32,000 nt of DNA from Nitratidesulfovibrio vulgaris str. Hildenborough (lineage in GTDB: Bacteria; Desulfobacterota; Desulfovibrionia; Desulfovibrionales; Desulfovibrionaceae). The translations under genes were made by a program, and so were the position numbers. Below the pieces are notes generated by a model. It did not search any database, was not told the DNA's origin, and saw nothing but the letters and a program-made list of their open reading frames with translations. The stretch's first letter is position 1; every line of letters begins with the position of its first letter. The stretch lies in contig NC_002937.3 in the NCBI RefSeq assembly GCF_000195755.1, positions 3,030,001-3,062,000 of the forward strand, in the 5' to 3' direction. This document shows, piece after piece, positions 11,307 to 20,420 of the stretch.

Positions 11307-12662
11307 ATGGCATCGGATATCAACGCCAAGCTGCGGCAGAAGCAGTATGAGGCCGCCGTGCTCGAATTTGCGGGCGACAGGAAGGGCTATTTCGTAGTCG
11401 CCAGCGACGACCCGCAATTCGCCAGCCTGCTGCGTCAGACACTGACCAAGCATCTGGCCATCCCCGGTGACGCCATGAGCACCGTCGCCAACCCAGACCA
11501 CATCCTGCGCGAACTCAAGAACGTGACCATGCGCCGCAAGACGGTGCTGCTGTTCCTCGAACGCATCCTCGAAGGGCGCGACACCAATCTTCTGGTACGA
11601 CAGCTGAAGAGCGCCTACCCCGACCTCAAGATCATCGTCATCACCGGAGAGACCGAGAGAAACCGGCTTGTGCTGCTGCATGAGGTGGGGGCCGACAATT
11701 TCATCACCAAGCCGGTCTCGATGAACACCCTCATCGAGAAGATGGCCTTCACCATAAAGCCCCTCGGCAAACTGGGGCAGCTCATCGACCAGGCGCGCGA
11801 GTTCGTGCACCAGAACCTCCCCGAACAGGGCATCAAGCTGTGCCGTCAGATACTCGAACTCAAGCCGGGCAGTGCGGCGGGATATCTGGTCATGGGCGAG
11901 GCGTACCAGCACCTCGGCAAACTGGACAAGGCACGCGAATGCTACGAAGAGGCCAGCCGCAATGCCGAGTTGTATCTCGAACCGCTTCGCCGGCTGGCAG
12001 ACATCCATGGCGAGATGGGCGAACCCACCGAACAGTTGCGCTACCTTGAACGACTCGACCAGCTTTCTCCGCTCAACGTGGAGCGCAAAGTAGACATGGG
12101 CGCCATCCACCTTGAACTGGGCAATCAGGAGAAGGCCGACGAACTGTTCGACACGGCCGTGCAGCAGGCCACCCGTGAGGCCCTGAGTTACATAGCGGAC
12201 ATATCCGGACGCATCGCAGGCATCTACAACGGGCGCGACCCGCAACGGGCCGAGCATTTCCTGCGCCGTGCCCTCGACGCCAAGGGCGACATGCTCGACG
12301 CCTCCGACCTCGACACCTTCAACCGTCTCGGCATCGCCCTGCGGCGGCAGGGGAAGTGGCAGGAGGCCCTCACCGAATACCACAAGGCCCTGCGCGTGGC
12401 ACCGGAGGACGAGAACCTCTTCTACAACATGGGCATGGCCTGTGCCGAAGGACGCGACTTCCGCGAAGCACGCGCCAACATGCTGAAAGCACTCACCATC
12501 AATCCAGAGCTACCCCGCCGCGACCCGGTCATGGCCTACAACATCGGTCTCGTCTTCATGCGGGCAGGGGGGCGTGAGTATGCCGAACGCTGCCTGAACA
12601 TCGCCCTTGAACTCGACCCGGGCTTCACCAAGGCCCGAGAGGCCCTCGAACGACTCGGGTAG
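11307..12662 (+). CDS. Receiver-like domain / TPR-repeat protein
   Basis: The N-terminal CheY-like fold shows FVVASDD, VLLFLERILEGRD, IIVITGE and FITKP. The C-terminal two-thirds carry repeated TPR-like A/Y/L patterns (GYLVMGEAYQHLGKLDKARECYEEA, and similar). Start chosen at ATG 11307 with GGGAGA upstream. Confidence 0.8.
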   Translation: MASDINAKLRQKQYEAAVLEFAGDRKGYFVVASDDPQFASLLRQTLTKHLAIPGDAMSTVANPDHILRELKNVTMRRKTVLLFLERILEGRDTNLLVRQLKSAYPDLKIIVITGETERNRLVLLHEVGADNFITKPVSMNTLIEKMAFTIKPLGKLGQLIDQAREFVHQNLPEQGIKLCRQILELKPGSAAGYLVMGEAYQHLGKLDKARECYEEASRNAELYLEPLRRLADIHGEMGEPTEQLRYLERLDQLSPLNVERKVDMGAIHLELGNQEKADELFDTAVQQATREALSYIADISGRIAGIYNGRDPQRAEHFLRRALDAKGDMLDASDLDTFNRLGIALRRQGKWQEALTEYHKALRVAPEDENLFYNMGMACAEGRDFREARANMLKALTINPELPRRDPVMAYNIGLVFMRAGGREYAERCLNIALELDPGFTKAREALERLG

Positions 12663-12831
12663 GCTGAGGGCTGTCTCCATCCCGACGACGCTACGGGCAT
12701 GGCCTTCGCGCTTCTCGCATCTTGCATCGGGAATACAGGATGTTGCAGGCTCGAGTGCTCATTTCCAGCCCCCCGGCACACCTCGAGTCCCCTCTCTACG
12801 ACCTCACGCCGACGGCCGCGTCGCCCCGGTG

Positions 12832-12860
12832 TTGTGGGACGTTGCATCTTGTCCTATAGT
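12832..12860 (+). promoter_or_regulatory. Candidate sigma-70 promoter for the DUF39 gene
   Basis: TTGTGG (12832-12837), 17-nt spacer, TATAGT (12855-12860), about 48 nt upstream of GTG 12908. Motif match only. Confidence 0.35.
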
Positions 12861-12907
12861 CCCGGTTCATCCTGCGGCAACGCGCCGCGAAGACATACGG
12901 AGGCACC

Positions 12908-14080
12908 GTGGCACACTTCAAGGTCAACAAGACCATCGCCGAGATCAACGAGCGGATCAAACAAGGCAAGGCCGTCGTCCTCAACGCAGAGGAGATGACC
13001 GAGGCCGTCCGCCGCATGGGTAAGGAAAAGGCAGCCCGTGAGGTGGACGTCGTCACCACAGGGACCTTCTCCCCCATGTGCTCCTCGGGCCTTCTCTTCA
13101 ACATCGGCCAGCAGGAACCGCCCACCATCAAGACGTCGAAGGTATGGCTCAACAATGTGCCGGCCTATGCGGGTCTGGCTGCCGTCGACGCTTACATCGG
13201 AGCCACTGAACCGACCGAGGACGACCCCCTGAACAAGGTCTACCCCGGACGCTTCAAGTACGGCGGCGGGCACGTCATCGAAGACCTCGTGCGCGGCAAG
13301 TCCGTGCACCTTCGCGCCGAGGCCTACGGCACGGACTGCTACCCCAGAAGGTCGCTCGACAAGCAGATAACGCTGGCGGAGATGCCCTTCGCCCAGTTGT
13401 GGAACCCCCGCAACTGCTACCAGAACTACAATGCGGCGGTGAACCTCACCAGTCGCATCATCTACACGTACATGGGCCCGCTCAAGCCCAACATGCGTAA
13501 CATCAACTTCGCCACGGCGGGCAGGCTCTCCCCGCTGTTCAACGACCCCTATTTCCGCACCATCGGCCTGGGCACGCGCATCTTCCTCGGCGGCAGCACG
13601 GGCTATGTCACCGGGGCAGGTACACAGCACGTCGCCGCGCCCAAGCGCACCGACAGGGGGCTTCCCCTCACCGGGGCGGGCACGCTCATGGTGCAGGGCG
13701 ACCTGAAGGGCATGGACGCCCGCTACCTGCGAGGCCTCTCCTTCCTCGGCTACGGCTGCACGCTGGCGGTGGGCATCGGCATCCCCATTCCGGTGCTCAA
13801 CGAGGAAATCGCGTGGTTCACCGGTGTCGACGATTCCGACATCCTGATGCCGGTTCGCGACTACGGGCACGACTACCCCAACTGCCTGCCCCGCATCATC
13901 CAGCACGTCAGCTACGAAGACCTCAAGAGCGGCGAGGTGGAGGTGATGGGCAAGAAGGTTGAGAGCGTACCGCTCACCAGCTACTCCATCTCTCTGGAGA
14001 TTGCCGACAAGCTCAAGTCGTGGATCGAGAAGGGCACGTTCACCCTCACCCAGCCCGTCGAGCTTCTGCCGTCCGCCTAG
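12908..14080 (+). CDS. DUF39 / COG1900-family homocysteine biosynthesis protein
   Basis: A 390-aa ORF with a GTG start preceded by GGAGG. The N-terminus KTIAEINERIKQGKAVVLNAEEM...VDVVTTGTFSPMCSSG, and later motifs (GGGHVIEDLV, NYNAAVN, IFLGGSTGYV), match my memory of the DUF39 family. Confidence 0.82.
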   Translation: MAHFKVNKTIAEINERIKQGKAVVLNAEEMTEAVRRMGKEKAAREVDVVTTGTFSPMCSSGLLFNIGQQEPPTIKTSKVWLNNVPAYAGLAAVDAYIGATEPTEDDPLNKVYPGRFKYGGGHVIEDLVRGKSVHLRAEAYGTDCYPRRSLDKQITLAEMPFAQLWNPRNCYQNYNAAVNLTSRIIYTYMGPLKPNMRNINFATAGRLSPLFNDPYFRTIGLGTRIFLGGSTGYVTGAGTQHVAAPKRTDRGLPLTGAGTLMVQGDLKGMDARYLRGLSFLGYGCTLAVGIGIPIPVLNEEIAWFTGVDDSDILMPVRDYGHDYPNCLPRIIQHVSYEDLKSGEVEVMGKKVESVPLTSYSISLEIADKLKSWIEKGTFTLTQPVELLPSA

Positions 14081-14105
14081 GGCGAAGCGAAGCCGCACGG
14101 CGACC

Positions 14106-14993
14106 ATGACCGCAACGACGCACCACAAGGCCCTCGAGGACATCCTCGGGGGCCTTCCTGTTCTGGCTGTCGCCCTTTCCGGCGGCGTGGACAGTCGCTT
14201 CCTCGTCCATATGGCGCTCCGGGCGGGGTGCCGGGTCGTGGCGCTGCATGCCACCGGGCCGCATGTGGCCCCGAGAGAGACCCTGTGGGCCAGAGACTGG
14301 GCACAGCGGACGGAGGTTCGCCTCATGCTGGTCGAGTTCGACCCGCTGCCCATTCCCGCCGTGACATCGGGTTCACCCGACAGGTGCTACCACTGCAAAC
14401 GCGCCCTCATGCAGGCCTTGCGCCGGGCGCTGCCGGAAGACGCAGCCTGTGCGCCCCTCTGCGACGGAACCAACGCCGACGACCTCGCCGCGCACCGTCC
14501 GGGACTGCGTGCGCTCCATGAATGCGGGGTGCGCTCGCCCCTCGCCGAAGCGGGAATCCACAAGGCCCACATCCGCACTCTAGGGGCCGCCACGGGGCTT
14601 GCTGCGCCGGAACAGGCGGCGCGCCCCTGCCTGCTGACGAGGCTGCCCTACGGCATGCGCCCCTCCGCCCCCCTGCTACGCCGCCTGTCCCGCGCCGAGG
14701 CTGCGCTCGAAGACATGGGACTGCGCGACTTCAGGCTGCGCGTCCGGCCCGGCGCTCCGGTACTGTTGCAGCTGGGGCCAAGCGAAGCGGTGGCCGAATC
14801 AGGCGGTACGTCCCCACATCCCGGCGATATGCTCCTGACGGGTACTGCAGGACACCTGCGCCGGGGTATCGATGCGGCAGTGCTGCGCGCTGCGCTCAAC
14901 GACGCGGGATTCCCGGATGCGGACATCGCCAGCACGGATGGTGTCAGCGGCTATTTCGACAGGACCACAGGCGGGACTCCGGTGACAACGTGA
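14106..14993 (+). CDS. LarE-like PP-loop ATP pyrophosphatase / sulfur transferase (TIGR00268, COG1606 family)
   Basis: The PP-loop is ALSGGVDS. The DGTNADDLAAHRPGLRA and PCLLTRLPYG motifs parallel LarE (DG...DYRPGLKA and C..SRFPYG). A CYHC pair is also present. Start at ATG 14106, 25 nt after the DUF39 stop. Confidence 0.82.
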   Translation: MTATTHHKALEDILGGLPVLAVALSGGVDSRFLVHMALRAGCRVVALHATGPHVAPRETLWARDWAQRTEVRLMLVEFDPLPIPAVTSGSPDRCYHCKRALMQALRRALPEDAACAPLCDGTNADDLAAHRPGLRALHECGVRSPLAEAGIHKAHIRTLGAATGLAAPEQAARPCLLTRLPYGMRPSAPLLRRLSRAEAALEDMGLRDFRLRVRPGAPVLLQLGPSEAVAESGGTSPHPGDMLLTGTAGHLRRGIDAAVLRAALNDAGFPDADIASTDGVSGYFDRTTGGTPVTT

Positions 14994-15279
14994 CCCGCTC
15001 GCATGAAAAGCGATGGCCGTAGACGGGCGAGAGTCATGCCCGAGGGACTTCCCGGCTACTCTGACGACAGGACGCATCCCCAGGATGCCCCCACGTGGTG
15101 ACGAGGCGTGGTGACGAGGCGTGGCGCCCGATGCGATGGACAAGGTGAAGCCTCGCCATGACCAGATATCCGGCCTGATACGGACAGGCGGTCATGGCGC
15201 GGGCTGTGCGGCTGGACAAACGCCTTTTTTCGGTATACGCACTTTTTTTGCCCAGACGCAATTTCAGAGGAGATACCCC

Positions 15280-15390
15280 ATGGCTCACAAGAAGATCGAA
15301 CGCAAGAAGGAAATCGACCGTCGTCGTCAGCGCCGCGAACAGCGCCTCAAGCAGCGCATCCGCGAAGCCAAGGCTGCCGCCAAGGCATAG
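15280..15390 (+). CDS. 36-aa highly basic small protein (MAHKKIERKKEIDRRRQRREQRLKQRIREAKAAAKA)
   Basis: ATG 15280 is preceded by AGAGGAGA with a 5-6 nt spacer. The sequence is Lys/Arg-rich and looks helical. Only the ORF and the SD support this call. Confidence 0.45.
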   Translation: MAHKKIERKKEIDRRRQRREQRLKQRIREAKAAAKA

Positions 15391-15462
15391 AACGGTTTTC
15401 CGGTCGTCCGTCCCTCGCGCCGGGGCGGAACGTCTGCATTTTTCCAAGCAGCGGTTTCGTGT

Positions 15463-15491
15463 TTGACAACGCGAAATCCGCTGTTTACTTT
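15463..15491 (+). promoter_or_regulatory. Candidate sigma-70 promoter for the zinc-ribbon gene, overlapped by a 7-bp inverted repeat
   Basis: A perfect TTGACA (15463-15468), 17-nt spacer, TACTTT (15486-15491). The inverted repeat CGCGAAA (15470-15476) / TTTCGCG (15489-15495) spans the spacer and the -10 element. Confidence 0.35.
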
Positions 15492-15521
15492 CGCGCATCA
15501 TTCCGTTCCAAGGAGGATGGC

Positions 15522-15821
15522 ATGCCCATCTACGAGTATCGTTGCAACGACTGTGAGCAGGTCTTCGAGGAGTGGCTCAGGACGTTCGACGAGACCGAGC
15601 ACACCTGCCCGGTGTGCGGTGGCCACGCCGAACGCATCATGTCCAACACCACCTTCGTCCTGAAGGGCGGTGGCTGGTATGTGTCCGAATACGGAAAGCA
15701 GTCCGCCTCCACGGCGGGTGCATCCTCCGACGTCGGCAAGCCTGCCGCATCCACCACCGATGCGGGCACTGCCTCCGCGTCGGCGGGGTCTGGTACCGCG
15801 TCAGCTGGCGCTTCCTCGTAG
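15522..15821 (+). CDS. FmdB-family (CxxC_CxxC_SSSS) zinc-ribbon protein with an Ala/Ser/Gly/Thr-rich tail
   Basis: MPIYEYRCNDCEQVFE...HTCPVCGG is the typical family signature. AAGGAGG lies 5 nt upstream of ATG 15522. Confidence 0.8.
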   Translation: MPIYEYRCNDCEQVFEEWLRTFDETEHTCPVCGGHAERIMSNTTFVLKGGGWYVSEYGKQSASTAGASSDVGKPAASTTDAGTASASAGSGTASAGASS

Positions 15822-15831
15822 CACTCCCCAA

Positions 15832-15857
15832 GGGCGGCCCTCGGCTGCCCTTTTTTT
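15832..15857 (+). terminator. Intrinsic terminator after the zinc-ribbon gene
   Basis: GGGCGGCC (15832-15839), 3-nt loop, GGCTGCCC (15843-15850) with one G-U pair, followed by TTTTTTT (15851-15857). Confidence 0.7.
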
Positions 15858-15920
15858 CGTTTCCGGCCACCACGGGCGCACGCCCTCCCCAAGCAATCGC
15901 AAGCCTGCCAAGGATTTTCC

Positions 15921-17213
<1,293 letters not shown>

Positions 17214-17224
17214 AGGAGCCCCTC

Positions 17225-17785
17225 ATGCAGGAACTCAAGAAACGCCTCGCCCGTCTGCTGGTCGAGAAATCGTACCGTGAAGGCGACTTCACCCTCACTT
17301 CGGGCCGCAAGAGCACCTACTACTTCGACTGCAAGCAGACTGCCCTGCACGCCGAAGGCTCGTGGCTCATCGGCACCCTGTTCAACGAACTGCTCAAGGA
17401 TGTGGACATCGTGGGCGTGGGCGGCATGACGCTGGGTGCAGACCCGCTCATCTCCGCCACCACGGTCATCTCCCACGAGAAGGGACGCCCGCTGGCCGGG
17501 TTCATCGTCCGCAAGCAGCCCAAGGGCCATGGCACCGACCAGTACGTGGAGGGACTCGCCAACTTCAAGCCCGGCGACAAGGTTGCCATGCTCGAAGACG
17601 TTGTCACCACCGGGGGTTCCCTGTTAAAAGCATGTGAGAGGGTCAAGGCCGCCGGACTCGATATCGTGGCGGTATGCACCGTCCTCGATCGTGAAGAAGG
17701 GGGCAGGCAGGCGATACTGGACGCCGGGTACGAACTCATCTCCGTGTTCACCCGCGACGAACTCGTCGCCGCAGCCCGCTCGTAG
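17225..17785 (+). CDS. pyrE: Orotate phosphoribosyltransferase
   Basis: MQELKKRLARLLVEKSYREGDFTLTSGRKSTYYFDCK, and the PRPP-binding loop VAMLEDVVTTGGS. ATG 17225 is preceded by AAGGAG. Confidence 0.93.
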   Translation: MQELKKRLARLLVEKSYREGDFTLTSGRKSTYYFDCKQTALHAEGSWLIGTLFNELLKDVDIVGVGGMTLGADPLISATTVISHEKGRPLAGFIVRKQPKGHGTDQYVEGLANFKPGDKVAMLEDVVTTGGSLLKACERVKAAGLDIVAVCTVLDREEGGRQAILDAGYELISVFTRDELVAAARS

Positions 17786-17798
17786 AACATAACGACAC

Positions 17799-17823
17799 CG
17801 CGCCCCCGCCCGCCGGGGGCGCG
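17799..17823 (+). other. 10-bp GC hairpin after pyrE, followed by an A-tract rather than a U-tract
   Basis: CGCGCCCCCG (17799-17808), loop CCCGC, CGGGGGCGCG (17814-17823), then ACAAAAAAAC. It is not a canonical intrinsic terminator on either strand. Confidence 0.4.
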
Positions 17824-17844
17824 ACAAAAAAACTTGCGGACCTG

Positions 17845-19134
17845 ATGCACCCAGCCCTCATCCGACGTATCCCCATCCTCGCGCTGCTCTTCGTCCTTTT
17901 CGCAGCAGCCACCTCGTCAGCCTCGGACAAGGGCTGGAACACCGCCATCGCAGACAGCGACCTCACCCCGCGCCGTATTCTCGCTGTCGACAAGAACCAC
18001 CAGCGCTTTCTCATCTTCGAACGGCACAGCCCGCTTGCGCTGCGTGGCACCTTTCCCTGCACCACAGGGCAGGCCGATGGCGACAAGGTCGCCGAAGGCG
18101 ACCTGCGCACCCCCGAGGGCATCTATTTCATCGAAGGCAAGCGTACCAGCGGCCTCGACTACGGGCTGTACGGCGGCATAGCCTACACGCTGAACTACCC
18201 CAACCCCGTGGACAGGCTGCGCCACAAGAGCGGTTACGGCATCTGGATACATAGCAAGGGGCGCGACATCACGCCGCGCGAGACACGCGGGTGCATCGCC
18301 CTCAATCGTGGCGACATCGACGCACTTGCGGGCACACTCGCCCCCGGGACCCCCGTCGCGGTGGCGGATTCCGTCGCCTCTGACGCCTCGTTCAGCAAGC
18401 AGGACATAGAGACCGCCCGCAACCTGCGCGACCGTGTGTACGCATGGGCGCGCGCATGGTCGGCGCGGTCGCAGGAGATGTTCTCCTTCTACGACCCCGA
18501 CGCCTACAGCCTCGCGCAAGACGCCCCTTTCCATGCCTTCAAGGGCCAGAAGGAACGTCTCTTCAAGACCCTGCCGTGGATACACACGACCGTGCACGAC
18601 GTTAAGGTGTTGCAGGGCCCCGGCTACTGGGTGACATGGTTCGACCAGTACTACCGCGCCCCCAACCACACCAGCGAAGGGGTGCGCCGCCTCTACTGGC
18701 AGCCCGGAAAGGATGGCGTGATGCGCATCGTGGGCATGGAGTGGGTTCCGGCAGACCTTGGCATGGAAGACGACTATCTTGAGGATGTGAGCCCCCGCGT
18801 CGCCGAACTCATCGAACAGTGGCGCAAGGCGTGGGAGACCTGCGATGTGGAAGGCTACGCCTCGTGGTATGCCGAAGACGCCCGACAGGGCGACCGCGTC
18901 GGCGTTGCCGCCATCGCCGAACACAAGCGCACCTTGTGGGCGACCATCCGCCCTGTGAAGGTCGCCCTCGAAGGCGTACGCGTCGCCATCACCCCCGATG
19001 GCGTCACCGCCGACATGACACAAGACTACAAGGACACGCGCGGTTACCGGGACAAGGGCGTCAAGACCATCTACCTCAAGCCGTACGGTGCCTCTTGGCG
19101 CATCGTCCGCGAAGACTGGGCACCGCTGCCGTGA
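17845..19134 (+). CDS. L,D-transpeptidase (YkuD) family protein with signal peptide and NTF2/SnoaL-like C-terminal region
   Basis: The signal-like N-terminus is IPILALLFVLFAAATSSAS. The YkuD catalytic region is GIWIHSKGRDITPRETRGCIAL (His ... Gly-Cys). The C-terminal part (ELIEQWRKAWETCDVEGYASWYAED...) resembles NTF2-like domains. Confidence 0.85.
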   Translation: MHPALIRRIPILALLFVLFAAATSSASDKGWNTAIADSDLTPRRILAVDKNHQRFLIFERHSPLALRGTFPCTTGQADGDKVAEGDLRTPEGIYFIEGKRTSGLDYGLYGGIAYTLNYPNPVDRLRHKSGYGIWIHSKGRDITPRETRGCIALNRGDIDALAGTLAPGTPVAVADSVASDASFSKQDIETARNLRDRVYAWARAWSARSQEMFSFYDPDAYSLAQDAPFHAFKGQKERLFKTLPWIHTTVHDVKVLQGPGYWVTWFDQYYRAPNHTSEGVRRLYWQPGKDGVMRIVGMEWVPADLGMEDDYLEDVSPRVAELIEQWRKAWETCDVEGYASWYAEDARQGDRVGVAAIAEHKRTLWATIRPVKVALEGVRVAITPDGVTADMTQDYKDTRGYRDKGVKTIYLKPYGASWRIVREDWAPLP

Positions 19135-20030
19135 GTGCGCCCCGCCCTGCGAAGCACTACAGCCTGCTGCTCATGCGGGACGATGGCAATGTCCGCAGGC
19201 TGCGCGTCTCACCGCTGGCACTCCGCCTGCTGGTGACCACGCTCTTCATCGTGCCCGCCCTTGCCGTCCTCGGCATATGGGCTGCCGCGACCTTCTGGAA
19301 AGGCAATACGGCACTTGTGGATGCCAACCGCGACCTTACGCGTGAAATCAAGGAGATGCGCGTCGAACTAGAACGCCTCTCCAACCTGGAAATCCTTCTC
19401 GAACGCGAAGACCCCGTGCGATTGCACGCACTGGTGGCCCCTCGCAAGACACCAGCCCCCACAGCCTCCGCCCCGGGCGAGAGTGCGTCACCCCTCTCTG
19501 CACACGGTGACGGGGCGACGGCGACGCCTGATGCGACGTCATCCGGTGCCCCCGCCGGAGATACCCCCCCCGGCCTCACGACGGACCAGCCGGACGACGC
19601 AACCACCGGGACACCTTCCGATGCTTCGGAGGCCGCAACCGTTGCCCCCCTCTTTCAGGATGCACCAGCGTCCGCCCCGAAACGCGACATCTCGCCCATC
19701 AACAACGGGCAGGCACGCGTCGACGATGTGCAGGTGCAGATTTCGCCGCAAGGGAAAATCCGTGTGACGTTCAGCCTCTCCAACGGTGACACGTCCCGGC
19801 AACTGGCAGGGCATGTGGTCTTCGTGGCCATCGACGGCAAAGGAACGGGACACGACCTTGCCATCCCGGCAGAGGCTGCCGACTTCCGCATCTCGCGCTT
19901 CAAGAAGATTGTCGCTTCGGCGCGCCTGCCGCAGGGCCTTTCCAGCGGCGACATCGCCCTCGTCGCCATCGAGATACGTAGCGGGGACACCATCGTCTTC
20001 CGCGACGCCTTCCCCTTCCGGCGCAACTAG
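19131..20030 (+). CDS. Membrane-anchored hypothetical protein (single TM, coiled coil, Pro/Thr/Ala-rich linker, beta-rich C-terminal domain)
   Basis: The start codon GTG 19131 overlaps the upstream stop (GTGA). The TM segment is LLVTTLFIVPALAVLGIWAAATF. The longer ORF from 18819 lies inside the L,D-transpeptidase gene and was trimmed. ATG 19173 is an alternative start. Confidence 0.6.
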   Translation: MSAPRPAKHYSLLLMRDDGNVRRLRVSPLALRLLVTTLFIVPALAVLGIWAAATFWKGNTALVDANRDLTREIKEMRVELERLSNLEILLEREDPVRLHALVAPRKTPAPTASAPGESASPLSAHGDGATATPDATSSGAPAGDTPPGLTTDQPDDATTGTPSDASEAATVAPLFQDAPASAPKRDISPINNGQARVDDVQVQISPQGKIRVTFSLSNGDTSRQLAGHVVFVAIDGKGTGHDLAIPAEAADFRISRFKKIVASARLPQGLSSGDIALVAIEIRSGDTIVFRDAFPFRRN

Positions 20031-20420
20031 GGCCCTCTCTGTCCATTGTCGCGTCGCGGCGTCACAACCACGGGGCATCCTTCACCGGCACCGTGCCACG
20101 GCCGCCCGAGACAGTGAAGGCGACGCCCGTCATAGTCCGAAGCCCCTCTTCCGCTGTATCGAACGGTACCAGACCTGATGACCCGCCTGACCTTCCGACC
20201 TGATGCCCCGCCCGACCTGCCCGACCTCCCGACCTGCCCGGCCTGATGGCCCGCCAGCCTTTCAATCCCGGTGCACAAGAAGCAGGAACACCCATACGCG
20301 AAATGCCCGGCGGTACCAGACCTTCCGGGCATTGCTGTATGCTGATGCAGGCGGTGAACGTAGCGACGCATCGGGGGAGATGGTCATACACCGTCCCCCC
20401 TTCGCGCAGGGACAGAGGGC

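Noticed and set aside
12663-12907. Possible SAM or SAH riboswitch in the 245-nt region upstream of the DUF39 gene. The fragments CAGGCTCGAG and GTGCTCATTTCCAGC recall parts of the SAH and S-box motifs.
   Set aside because: Only isolated fragments match. The defining partner elements (GAGGAGCG.TGC, GCAACC, the kink-turn region) are absent. A plausible TTGTGG-N17-TATAGT promoter at 12832-12860 would leave only a ~40-nt leader. cmscan would settle this.
17799-17823. Intrinsic terminator after pyrE.
   Set aside because: The stem is strong, but it is followed by an A-tract and not a U-tract on the plus strand. On the minus strand the T-tract precedes the stem. It is kept only as a hairpin of unknown role.
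18819-19130. N-terminal extension of the 18819-20030 ORF, and the similar extensions at 13959-14105, 4021-4224, 10309-10353, 11247-11306 and 16811-17224.
   Set aside because: Each extension overlaps the 3' end of the preceding, well-supported gene and has an Arg/Pro-rich composition. Internal starts with SD sequences give N-termini typical of the family.
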